From NCBI RefSeq assembly GCF_964355755.1, contig NC_092677.1, positions 12,856,101 through 12,920,100 of the forward strand: a stretch of DNA of 64,000 nucleotides, in the 5' to 3' direction. The stretch comes from Antedon mediterranea. Taxonomy: Eukaryota > Animalia > Echinodermata. Positions 37,901-51,128 of this stretch are shown piece after piece (the stretch's first letter is position 1; the number at the start of each line of letters is the position of its first letter). The notes below the pieces were generated by a model. The model worked only from the letters and a program-made list of their open reading frames with translations, did not search any database and was not told where the DNA came from. The position numbers and the translations under genes were made by a program.

Positions 37901-40900
37901 TTTGATTGATAGCTGCTGACCTTGAGTGAACTACACTACAGTAACGTTTGAATTAACCGCCAGGACCAATTGTATTTTGGTTAATTTTAACGATTTTTGT
38001 CAACGACCACCCACTGATTTAAACGGTTATTATTATTTTGGGGTAAAAATTTTGCAGAAATGAAGTCAATATAAAAATTACATGTTTTAAATAATCGGTT
38101 TATTCGGCGCTATGCAGCAGAAACAGAGCCTAAAGAAACGATTGGAGTAAAATTAATGTTTAAAATTAATTGATAAACTAATAATAGTAAATAAATGAAA
38201 GAACGAATAAATATATAATAGATGGAAATTAAAATATATAGATGAATGAATGAAAGGATGCATAAATGAACGTGTAAGTTAATAAAAATAAGTATTATAA
38301 ATGAGAATAAAAGATATGCAAAAATAAAGAATGAAAAAATAAACATATGTTGTAATATACAGTATTATTATTATTAAAATAAATAATATAAATTCATACT
38401 ATCAATTAAAATAATGCATATCTAAAAACATACACTATTCATTATTAAAGAAGAAAAAAAAAAAGAAAAAAAAAACTACAATACAATTGCGTTTTGATTG
38501 TGGTATTATTTAATCATGCAGTTTAAAGCCATGTGCTCTGTTAGATCAATTCGATATGAGTACCGAAAGGTCAATTTGGTGCTGCGAAGGGGTGCAGTTT
38601 GAAACTTAGCAGTGTTCCGTTGAAAGTCAGAGGTGTAAGAAATGACAAGTGATACGAGAGGGTTCATGTTGTACCGGCTTCCTGGTAGATACCAGATTGC
38701 CCCGTTGCACCAATTTCACTTTGTAACATATGCAGTGTGCCTTTTTAGTTGGAATTTTTTGACCTGGTTTAAAACAAGGTTGTGATCTCTAACCATGTTA
38801 TACTAATCCAGTCAGGAAACTGTTTAGTAGCCGATAACTATACCAAAGTGCTACTGTTTTTTAGGTTAAAACTGTGAACTTTTATTTTATTTATTGGTAA
38901 ATATTCAGCAGAATGACCAACATGAGTGTCATATTGGCTTCATAAATATAAATGAGTACACATTGTCTAACTTTCTATTTATCTCATAGATTTTTTCTAC
39001 ATATTTACAGTTTTGATTCTTTATTAAGTTTAATAATGATAATTAAAATATCTATTGAAAAAAAAACATACCACAAAGCGTTTATGGCCATCTCGCATAG
39101 TCTTGGCTGATGCAACTTCAAAACTTGTTCGTCCTTGCTGAAATTTTGCAATTTTACCAAGATCATATTCTTTTGGCGGATGGTTTCGTATTCCACCTAA
39201 GCAATCAACTTCTGCAAAACATTAAAAGAAAACAAAATATAGAAGATTTATTGAATCAATTTGTTGCAAACAGACTTTGAAAAAAAATGATGTCAAACCT
39301 ATTAAAATATAAAAATAGTTTTCTACGTTACCAAAAGTAAGGCTATGAAGTCATTCAACCTAATGGGGATGCCTTCCACAACAACCTCAAATTCAAATCC
39401 AAACACAGACAAGGTTGTGTAATATTAGCAATAATAATATATGCATAGGTGACATTTCTGTCATTTTTTTATTTGATCGCGTCGATCTTCATCATCATGA
39501 CACATAAAGAAATTGCAAAGTCTCTATTGGTGATGGAACCAAAAGAGCAACATGCAACATTGGTATGGTTAAACATGTTTCTCCCCGTCTATTATCTTTG
39601 GTTCAAGTGCTGATCTAGGCTTACAAAGAGAAAACTTAGACAAGACATCATATTTTCATAAGACATTATTTTTGAAGGCTAGAAATGTGGTTTTTAGGGC
39701 ATGAGTCAAAAAGAAAATTATGAACATATCTTGATGTCTTCAAGAAATCAGATAATTCAATATTACTTCTTAGATCCTAAAGATAAGAAGCTAAGGTCTG
39801 ACAAGTCCTTCCTGTGTCACTTGACAATTATGCAAATGATGTGCCTATTTTAAGAAAGATTCATACTTATCATGCAAGCTGTGGTTTGTAACACAGTTTG
39901 AAAATGCAAAAATCGTGAGTCAATGAGAATGATGGTAACTAAAACTCGCGCTCGCAACAGAACATGTCTACGGCACCTGTTAATTGTGAACCACACTATA
40001 TTTCGGCTAATGAGGTTGTTATGTATATATGTCAGGCTAGACTGTCAACTGTATAAGTAATTCCGGCTTGTCCTCGCATGACCCGGTTTGATTTCTCAAG
40101 AGGGAAGTTCGGGTCACGGAGTAAAGCTGGGGGTGCGCCTCTTGGGAGTTTCTTATACCCTTCCAGAAGACCAGTTGCTGCGATACGGTTCTCCACGCAT
40201 TACTAATGACAGATTTACATGGGTACATGACAGCACTCGTCAAGTCTGCATCAATGGCTAATATCAATTTAATGATCTATAGTCGTAATAAATATATGAT
40301 GGAGCGAGAAATCGGCAAAGAAAGCTGGGAAATATCACGATAACATTCTCCAGTATATCATGTACTTTATGACTTAATTCTAAATATCTTGTACATCTAT
40401 GATTATTGTCAATTCAATTACATTAAGTTTTATGAATGTGGTAGAGTAACACATTACAATGATTATCATCATTACTCACACATAGGAGGGGTACTTTATT
40501 AATCCTTGGAGTTTCTATGCGTATCTTAAAAAAAGTAGCAATATAAATTTTTTTTTATTATTGTTGTAATTAGAATGATGAAGTAAAATTATATATATAG
40601 TATTTTTCATAAACAAATCCGATCAGTTTATTAATTCCAAAAAAATTAAAATCATCTGTATTTATGTACAGACATTGAAAATCTATGATATTGACATAGA
40701 TTAAAATCATAAGATAAGATTTATCTATAAAAAGTGATATTAGAAAAGGACATGCAAAATTTGTTTTTACTTGGTTACATTTATTCCTCATAAAACTCTT
40801 AAGAAATTCTTAAAATGAGAATTTAATGATGAAACTATGTAATGATTGAAACAATTAAATACACCCACTATTATATGATAAAACATGAATCACTAGGAAA

Positions 40901-43900
40901 ACCCCTTTTACGTAAAAAAAAAAAAAATTTAAACTGGACAATGACTGTTGGGTCAAAAACCTTATGACCGCCGCCCTTTAAATCCCTGGCGACCATTACA
41001 CACATACTGACCATAGTGCGTGAACGAATCTTTACACTTGTATACCCTAATTGAACGACACATAATATTTCTTAATTAACAAGTGTTACTAATCAGTTAA
41101 ACATGTGTATGACACGATGTTAATTAGTCAACGACATAAAATCAGGTACGATCTCACTGTGCATTGATTATCATTAGATCAATCTTGTGGCATATAATTT
41201 TAAATATTGAACACTACAAATGTATTAAAACATTTGAAAGCAAGGAATTAGAAAGTTATAGACTGTCCGAAATTTTATATTTACAATACACTAATAAAAT
41301 TCAATATCTTATATATCTTTAATTATTCATTAAAACTCATTTAATTGAATATGCCTAAAAAAGTGAACTTTGTACCTAACTCCTCCATACTCTATTAATT
41401 ACAATGTCTGAATCCCTTTCTAGATATGTTAATAATTAAACATTTCTGTTTGACCTGCAATCAGTAATAAGTTTCCATCCTCCGGAAATAATGTTGATAG
41501 TATTTCATTCAAATTGGGAAAATTTTTGTTAATTTTTAATATCCTATCATTAACACTAAAAGATATAGTTGTAGGGGTCATAAGATAAGCAGGCAAATTA
41601 GGGCAGAGTGGGATTTTTGGATTTGTTTAACTGGTACTTGCTGTTTCGTGTTTCATTAGTAAAATATCAAGATTTTTCAACATCTGCTTATCAACAATGG
41701 TGAATAGGTTTTCTTTAAAAAGGAAAATGTAACTGGGTTGCAGATTTTAGTTATGATGCTTCTCTTCCAAACCTAGTGGGTACGGTTTAAATCCTGTTTG
41801 AATCAAATAGAATATTTCAAGAACATTTCATAAATCACATGTTAAAAGTATTCATGCTTATTTTTTTTTTTATCCCATTTCCATTTTTGTATTGTATTAT
41901 TATTTTGTTGTTTTTTTGTTGATCTGTCATGTCAATAAATGGAAATCTGTTGGTAAGATGTTTTCTCTAAATCATAGAAATAATTTTTCAAATTCAATAT
42001 TTTCACTACAGATATGCAATTAAACACGTCTTAGGTGTTTTTTAGATAAAAATATTTTTCTTCAAGAAGTTAGCACAAGATTTAAAAGCGCTACTTGAAT
42101 TAAACGAAAAATTATGCTTATTAACTTCACCTCTAATCAAATCGAACAGACCTACAAAACAACAATTAAAAATTATACCTAATTACTGTAACAATGTCAG
42201 GTAACCACTTTTAAATAAAAGCACCAAATTGGCGTGATCGTAGCGGAAAATCAAATTGATTAGTTACAAGATGTTCCAATTGTTTTGATCCTATAGGAAG
42301 ACAAAGCTGTTTTCTTTTGGCACTTTTGGTCGAATGTAATCAGTTATATTTCCTGTTGTACCTATGTCTAAATGTAGTCTAATCAAGCGCTAATGTTTCT
42401 CTAACTAGCTTTAATGCATTATCTTTTTCTGGAAACCAAACCCAAAAACGAAAATAATAAATTATGAAATTATCGTTTATCATTAAGGTAATTTACAAGT
42501 GTGGTTTTTAAAATTGTTAATTTAAACATCTGAATGAATTGCTCTTTTTTTTTTAAAGACAAAGACATGAGTCCATCTGTCAAAAACAGAAAACTCAACA
42601 AACTTTTAGCAGAATCTAACTCAGCATAAAGTTTAATTTCAAATGAAATTGTGGAAACATTCAAAACATGCACTGATTTCTTAATGTCTTTTAATCCTTT
42701 GAAATGAGAAATTAAATGTTTAAAAACTGATAATTTCTTATCGTACAGTGCAATTTAAAGTTGTGAAATATTGTATTAAAAATTAATAATTCATGGTCAA
42801 TTCAATAAAAATATAAAATCATTGCAAATGTTATTTCAGATTTCATGGCTATTTAGAATGTTTCATTATGTGCCTCCAGCATTTTTTATTTTTAGTTCTA
42901 AATTTAGTTCGGTTCATCTATTAAACAAAAAATTAATTAGTCAAAAGATATTTGACATTAAGAGTTTTAATATAACTTATGAAAAATAAAAATATTTTAA
43001 ATGTATATATTTATGTCATAAAATTTCATATTGTAATAACAATAAAACTCTTTTTAATAGCAAAATATAAATCTAACAGTTTACATAGTTATGATACATC
43101 GTTATGTCTGTTAATTACTAATTTTAAATACATTATTGAAAGCAACGTCTAAGGCCCTACTATATAAGACCCACTATCATCAAGAACATGTGAGTGTACT
43201 AAGGGGGACAAATTGGGCAGCTTCCAAAAGTTTTCGATGTTTGCCAAGTTGTGGTTATAAATAATTATGAAACTTAAATTTACACCGCACCCACACATCA
43301 AACCACATGTTGGACTTGTACAGCAAAAAAGCCAGATGCATGTTTTTCTTGTGTTAGGAAGATACAGTCTATGTGTATGTTGAGCTACAAGTCTATAAAA
43401 GTTTAATACCAATCTTTGTTTTTGGTTAACTGCTAATATATCTTTGCTGCAATGCTATTTCTTAAACTAAAGCCATGAACCTATAGTTAACATAGGAGTA
43501 CAAAGATACTCAATCCCAAGAAGATACCCCCACCCACGTCTCAATCACCTTCCACTCTGGGACGGTTTGTAAATGTAGTTTAAACAACCTTCCCAGTACA
43601 ATTCGATCATTTTGATATACATGTCTATGGATGAAAATAAGTAACAAGTAAACAACGATGCATAGCGATTACTTTCACTTTTAATATTATAAAGATACTA
43701 CTTACTTGAGAAGCCGCAGAGAAAAAGATTCTTAAAGAACAACCGGATACGATACATTGCTGTTGATGATGTAGCGCACCAAGACTAACCAAAATATAAC
43801 GCTCCTCGCTTCCACGTTAAAAAGCTGCCAGAGACACCGATAAATTGTCAACCACTTGATAAATGATAAAACTACCTTTTGTCTTTGAATTTTCTAACTT

Positions 43901-46900
43901 TTTTAAATTTATGTTTTCCAACTGCTGCAATTTCTCCCAAAATTATCTTCTTCTGCTAAAGTTCTCTTACAGTTTCTTCACATTCAATATTCCATAGAAC
44001 TAACAGCCATCTAAGCTTGACAGTAAGGATTCTTTAGTAAACTTCTTATTACTGGTAATGCCCGCTTTGAAGATTTATACTGGTTTTCAAGACTAGCACT
44101 TCCTATCGTAGTATGGGAACAAGATACTACACCAAGTATTTATCTCATTAGTATACACAACAGAGATTTTCACCCTGGCTGTCCTGTTCCCACGATTAAA
44201 TTCATGTCGTACTGTATCAAAAAACGTTTATATACACTCGCTGCCAAGTTCTTGACTCGAGTTTGTTGATCAGGGGAGTTTCCTCTCATTTGGTGATGTC
44301 ATCAGACATGCAAATTAGCTGGCAGGAAGGACTCGATCAGAAGTCACTGGAACATTTGCAATATTGGTTAGCAACAGAAATGATGTGAGTAACGAATAGA
44401 ATAACATGCCCACACAACAGACTTTGATTAGATATTATATGGTGAAAATTCTATGGGTTATGTGTTCAAATCCTATGATTACTGTATGTGTTCAAATCAT
44501 ATGGTTGTAGTAAATTATGTTTGTGTTCAAATCATATGCTTATGTGTTCAAATCCTATGGATAGGTGTTCAAATAATATGGATATGTGTTTAAATCCTAT
44601 GGCTGTGTCCAAATCCTATATCTGTGTTCAAATCCTATGGATATGTTTTTAAATCCTATGGCTGTGTCCAAATCCTATATCTACTGTATGTGTTCAAATC
44701 CTATATCTATGTGTTCAAATCCTATATCTATGTGTTCAAATCCTATATCTATGTGTCCAAATCCTATATCTATGTGTCCAAATCTTATATCTATGTGTTC
44801 AAATCCTATATCTATGTGTCCAAATCCTATATCTATGTATTCAAATCCTATATCGATGTGTTCAAATCCTATATCTATGTGTTCAAATCCTATATCTATG
44901 TGTTCAAATCCTATATCTATGTGTTCAAATCCTATATCTATGTGTCCAAATCCTATATCTATGTGTTCAAATCCGGTGGCTTTGTGTTTAAATCCTATGG
45001 CTGTGTGTTCAAATCCGATATCTATGTGTCCAAATCCTATATCCATGTGTTCAAATCCTATATCTATGTGTTCAAATCCTATATCTATGTGTTCAAATCC
45101 TATATATATGTGTTCAAATCCTATATCTATGTGTTCAAATTCTATTGTTCTGTTTAACTATGTTTATGTGGTTACATTCTATGTTTATGTGTTCAAATGT
45201 CTCTTTCTGATCAAGTATTATCAAGTTGTTGTCATTGCCAACACAATGGTATTACCTAAACAATGATTATACCTAAATCTGACAAAGAGTTTTTATTTCT
45301 ATTCCTTAATGTTTAGTTTGACAAAGAAAAGTGTGATGTACCCAAATAATGGTATGGATATTTCCAAATATAGTAGTGATATGACATATTATATTTTGTC
45401 ACATAAAGTTTGATAGTGCAAACAGAGCTTAAATATTACTATAATTAGATATTGACAGTTTGGACAGGAAAGGGGTTTGGGGGTGTAAAGGTAAAGGTAA
45501 TTATCTTAGTCCTCAAGCTTAACTGGAAACTGAGGAGATTCGGATTAGGCCCTCTACGGACCCACGGCAGCCAGCCTACCAGATCAGCACACCGGGAGAC
45601 GATCCCCATCTCTTTTCGAATATTGTACCAAGTTCTTTAACGTGCACTGTTAAGTACACAGGACCAATGGCTTTACATCCCATCCGAAGGACGAGGCAAT
45701 GAGAGTAAATGTTTAGTATGCATTTCTTATGATAACATTGTTTAATAAATTAATTTTGATATACTAACTGTAGTATTAAAGCACAAAATAAATACAAACA
45801 TTCATGTAAATGTTGTCTAGTTGTTTTCATTATAATTAACGGTCTGTAATATACAGAAAGGCATTCTTGAATAAAAATTGGTATTAATGTAAACATTTTG
45901 ATAGTAAAAAAAAATGTTTATGTTTCAACGTAAAAGACCTTGTAATGAGCTAATTTTGACCTAAAAATACATCGCCTTGAATTATGTCAACAACCTTGAG
46001 ATAACTTTACAGTTTTAATACAGATATTGTGATTTTAATATCTGATTTGAAATGTAATATTTGAGATACACTATCAGTCATATAATCTATAGTTTCATCA
46101 CAATATATCAGATATAATAATCTTTTAAATTAAAGTATTAATTTATTATTTTATAATCAGATTTCATACAATAGGCCCTTGACAAATTAGTTGTGTATCC
46201 TTTAGTTAACATCCTCCATATCAGCTTCAAGGCATTAAATAATGTATAAAAAATCTCATTTTGTATACACTTCCTTTTACACTAATAATAGACAATAATA
46301 CTGTTACTATATAAAATTTTACAAAAAAACAATATTTTTGTGTGGGCAGAATATTGTTTATTGTTTCATTATATTTTCTTCCCTTTTTAATATTACAACA
46401 ATGGTACATTATTTATAAATCATTTCTAATTTGAATTAAAACATTTTTAACTATTTAAAAGCCTATTTACATTTACCTTGGAAACAGTAGGGCAAGGGTA
46501 TTCACATTTATAAAATTATTCTATTTAATTTCTAAATTAAAATATTTCGCAAAATGACTAAAAGTAGGAAACAATTTTACATGCTTTGTTTAAAATCATT
46601 AATTAAAAATAATCAAATTAATAAAAATGTTTTCTGTCATAAAAATTAAAAGTAATGGAGGTGGGGAGTCTTTGAAAAATAAGAAAAAAGGTATACAACC
46701 CATGGAGGAAGGAATGGTCTATAACAATACCCGTGGCAGTATTCACCAATCAAACTTAAGTGAGATATTTCCTTTAAATATTAAGTATTTCACTTAACTT
46801 AATAATATATAATATTACTTAAATTGTATTCACTTAGATAGGAGACTTTTTTTAATTTTAAGGGTGTTTCCTTTAGCCTAATGGTGAATACAGCCACTGG

Positions 46901-49900
46901 TCCTTTTGGATACAGTTTTAAAACACTCATTTGGGACACCTCTTTTCAAAGGAAACTCTTAACAAATGGACACTTTCTCATAAACAAACAGGCAATATGT
47001 GTCTCAACATTACATTGAAACAACCCCTACCCAATTTTGTTGTGTCTCTAATAAGCGATTTCCTTAATAATAGGGGTTCTGATATACTTGAAATGTACAG
47101 CGAAACATATACTGTATGCAAAAGTGCTAAATATAACTACCAATATATTTAATATGATCAGATTAAGAGGGGTTGATATCTATCATTATCACTATCAGAT
47201 TGTTAATTATTTCTATTGTCGAGTCGTCCTTTTGGCATTCTAAAACCCGTTGGCGCGTGTCACTTTACATTGCCTATGGGCAAATCTAAATATAGTTCAC
47301 ATTTTCTCAGTTATCATAGTGTACTGTATTTGTCGTTCATGCTTATAATATGCAATAACTTGACGCCTACACACAGGTATGGTACCTTGAAATAAGACAG
47401 GGTTTATCTTTAACGCAACACCACAGCTGTGAAAATCGCATGAAAACAACTTGGCTTATCAAATAATCAAATTATTTCGATTAGATTTAAATACTAGGTG
47501 TGGTCTTACTGGCGTTTCCTACCGCACATCCGTAGACATGCGCTTGTTAGAATGATCAGTTTCATTGTAACATACAATTTAATGAGGCCTGACCCACCCA
47601 CTTGCTGTACATGTGATGCATAGATAGTTTGTCCTTATAGTGAACTTTTGGCTATTACGGCAAATAGGTTAATTATTGGTAACATTACAATCAGCATGTT
47701 CACAAAGTCACCTGTTTAGAATTAGATAATTATAGTGTCATTGGTTAATTGGTAGGATTCGTCATTGTTTTCACTAGCCTGTTGGGCAAGTTACCTGTAG
47801 ATTTTACTAGCCCTAATGGCATGTGAACTTCTTGCAGTACATCAAAAGTTCAGAATGTCTACATATTTAACTAAGTGTCAATTAATGGTAAATTGTAAAG
47901 GGTGGGTGGGCATGTTTAAATCATTTATGTTAAAAACAACAAAAATGTATTGGTTGTCTAAATGTCTCACTTGAGGGCGTCCTGGTGCCGGACTGATCCA
48001 TTATCCGACGGGGGTGCGGAAAAATTAATGTTATGAATGTTCTTCTTTTCGTAATGTTTACCTCTCGTCGGAGAGAGAGGCTTATGTTGGTTTATCCAGG
48101 TAAGCAAGGCACGATATAGACTGTACATTTCTAACATTTTTAAAATAACTACTATCACTATTTCTATAATTGTTCTATTTTCCAAATAATTTTTAATTAT
48201 ATATATAAAAAAAAAGAAAGTTAATTACACAATAAAATTTATGGACATTTTCTGTTTAGTCACTCAATATAATCAGCAACGATTCATTTGCCATACGTTG
48301 ACTGGGGGAAAGACTAATTATACACACGCAAACGGGATACTGATTGTTGTACATCAATGCGTTACATTACACACCTTCATTCACCTTTGTCATATTCTCT
48401 AAGGTATTTTAATTAGTATTTTATGTCATATTGTCATTCCATTTAATTGTGATACGTCATGGAACAAGGTGTCAGCCCCTTTAGGGTGATGTATAGGTTG
48501 ATAATTCTTGTAATTGTATAATCACAAAATTGGAGAAATAACAGCAAAAAGGGTTTGGACGCTATAATAACACCTAAAGCTCTGTCTACCACTAAATTTA
48601 TGTGAAAAATGTGATGCGCCCATGGACATGATGATGTCATATCACTACCGTATTTGGGAATATCACTACCATATTTGGGTACATCACACTTTATTTTGTC
48701 ATACTAGTTTGATAGTGTAGATAGAGCTTTATATTACTAATAACTGAATGAACTTTAAAATTATTATTATTATGATTTTAGAATAAAGTACAGTATCACT
48801 TTATGATAATATATTTCTATTATATTTAATTCTATGAATGTATACCAACAACACAATAATAAATACAAATAATAAATTATTTTGGAATTAAAAATGAAAA
48901 TATTGGTTTAACAGTTCTCTTTTAAAATTATTTAAATATATATTTATATATTAATAATTTTATTTCTTTCATCTTTATCCAATATTGTTTTATCTTATGA
49001 AAAATATTTTATGAAGAATAAATTATATTTGAATTGAATAACATAATTTACCAGGTTAAATTTCAAATAATGTGTGTAATTTCTTTTTGTAAATCAATAT
49101 ATATCAAATTGTAATCTTTACCCTGTGAAAATTGTATTCATAAATCAATAGAAGGTAACAGTGCACGAATTAATAACATGATTTAGTTCCGTTTCGATCA
49201 AAGATCTGCAACAGAAATACCGTAAATCTTCTAAGTTTAACCCTGGGTTATTATTCTTTGATTTTTTTTAGGGTGTGTTACTATTAGAAGGTGGGTTACT
49301 ATTATTAATCTTAAATTAGGCACCTGAAAATAGTAACCCACCCCAACTTTTCCAGTCAGCAAATCACAGCAAAACAGTTTGAATAAATAATTTGTTTGAA
49401 CTCTAACTTTATTTTATAAACTTAAAAACACTCCCCTCCCCACTCCCGAGATCAACATGCATTATCTCCTTGTTTTCAAAATACGGCTGCATCATAAATG
49501 ACCAGTCTTCCTCAATGTCATTTTGTCAACAGTTTTTGTGACTCTAATATTAACCCCCATGGGTTACTATTAGAAGGGGGTTACTATTAGAGTGTGGGTT
49601 ACTAATATTAGAAGATTTACGGTACATAAGTTATCTAAAGCTTCACACACAAAAAAATGTAATGTGCCCATATATGAAGTTGATAATGTCATATACTAAT
49701 ACCATATTTGGGCACATCACATTTTTTTTTGTCAAACTAGTTTGATAGTGTAGACAGAGCTTAAGGATGGAGAGTTTGCTAACAAAAGTTAAAAACTATT
49801 TGATTGGGCACTTTTCTTTGTCTTGCGTTTGTGATTTCTTTCACTGGAATATCATTTAAATCAGCAGAATGAAATTTTTAGGTTATCAATTACAGCCAGA

Positions 49901-50811
49901 GTTGTTTTAATACAACCAACAATAAAGTAACCTGGGATTTTTATGTAAAGTCATGTTATTGATGTTGCTTCTGGCGCCAGGTGTGTAGCAAATTGATTGG
50001 TGGATAAACATTTATCTCAACCCACCAGTCAGCCAAATAAAGTATGATGTCATACAAGAATGGCAATGTGAAGTCTCCTGCAAGAATTTTTGAACGGTGT
50101 GGTGGTATACAGAGTAAAATAAAAATTGACATTGCACATATTGTTTGTACCAGGGGTATTTCACAGTGTATATCAGCAGTCATTCATTTTTAGCATTTTA
50201 GGCATTCATAAATGAGACACTGCTAAGTATGCTTACTTAATTGCAAAATAAAATATGAACAGGTCTATAAACAAATTGGATGTTTTATCACTCATATCAG
50301 CATAAAGCCACCACACCGTCTTTTGTAATGTGTAGATGATCATAAAACCCTGTTGCTTCCCACCCACCTAATACTAATAGAATTTTAGGTTGAAACAAAA
50401 TAAATGAGTGGTATAAAATAATTATATAGAGACATATTTTATTTTCATTTAATAATAATAAATCAGTTTTTGCACATTGGATATTATTTAATATTTTTTA
50501 CCTTTTTTATTAGACTGCTGAGTAGCACCTAGGGCTGTTTGAAACCCCAAAACGGCTGTTTCACTGTTCGATCGTTCTCTTCCTTGTATAGAATCCTTTG
50601 ATTTGTTTCTAGCCCAAAAAATGTCATCGTCCGCACTAGCAACCGACGGCGAAAACGACGAAGAGAATGAGGGTTCATGCTCCCCGTGATGTAACGTCAG
50701 GCGTCCAGTGAACTCTAACAGGAAATCTTCATCTTCAAGTTCACTCTCAGATGCTGAGCTAACGGGATCATCAATTTTGATATCGCATGCAACTTTCTTT
50801 CTGGATGCCAT
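34975..50811 (-). CDS. SNX21: Sorting nexin 20/21-like (PX domain plus PXB/TPR-like C-terminus), about 375 aa, 3 coding exons
   Basis: Exons 50811-50502 (MASRKK..., acidic/Ser-rich), 39211-39072 (...FEVASAKTMRDGHKRFV) and 35652-34975 (LYTIAV...DRRYTEF...FPKKAITGNY...IAERSRAFEQFL, then a helical TPR-like region). Phases are compatible. PX motifs match the SNX20/21 family, and I cannot separate SNX20 from SNX21. Confidence 0.85.
37703..38130. mobile_element. PIF/Harbinger-type MITE
   Basis: TIRs GG(GC/CT)CTGTTTCTGCTGCATA with TAA on both sides. Internal AACCGGTT repeats. Confidence 0.8.
44450..45140. repeat. 21-bp minisatellite (TATGTGTTCAAATCCTATATC)
   Basis: About 30 units, degenerate at the left end. 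It explains the ORFs at 44586-45266. Confidence 0.95.
45505..45712 (-). mobile_element. SINE fragment sharing the central core with 63502-63813
   Basis: CCCC..CTC.T.TCGAA...TGTAC.A.GTTCTTTAA.GTGCAC...TACAC.GGACC.ATGG.TTTA core on the plus strand. Confidence 0.6.
46731..46900. mobile_element. Second copy of the MITE at 486-656
   Basis: Aligns by eye along its whole length (ATTCACCAATCA...TTAAGTATTTCACTTA...GGTGAATAC). Confidence 0.75.
48576..48730. mobile_element. MITE family AAGCTCTGTCTACAC...GTGTAGACAGAGCTT with internal 20-bp ATCACTACCATATTTGGGCA repeats
   Basis: Further copies at about 12636-12736, 45314-45430, 49640-49762, 58619-58780 and 59208-59390. Confidence 0.8.
49220..49622. mobile_element. 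Tc1/mariner-type MITE
   Basis: 15-bp TIRs CCGTAAATCTTCTAA, TA flanks, subterminal GGGTTACTATTAG repeats. Confidence 0.85.
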
Positions 50812-51128
50812 AGTCAAGATGTGATTAAGAATATAGGCATTTTTTTAAATCATACACTAACGTAAATTTAGTTTAAACATTTTGAAACCACCCAAAAAAA
50901 GCTAGTTAATTTAAGCACGGCAGCTTAGACGACGATCCCATTTATTATTTTGGTAGCATATATCGCATCCTGTCTAAGTCTATTATATTAAAAATGAATT
51001 GAGTGTGACAAACGGATCCGATAATTTATCGAGGGCGGTATTTTCATTAAGTTGTTTACAGTTGCCTGGTCACAGTTTTTGACAGTTTCTTCCTTTATTA
51101 TTATACAATTTCTAGGGGCCTAGCAATT
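50812..51128. promoter_or_regulatory. Bidirectional promoter between SNX20/21-like and WDR88-like
   Basis: Divergent ATGs are 317 bp apart. Contains GGGCGG (about 51033), forkhead-type TGTTTAC (51053-51059) and X-box-like GTTGCCTGGTCAC (51061-51073). Confidence 0.7.

Noticed and set aside
44586-45266. 226-aa (MCSNPIS)n ORF and overlapping ORFs
   Set aside because: Minisatellite translation, open on both strands.
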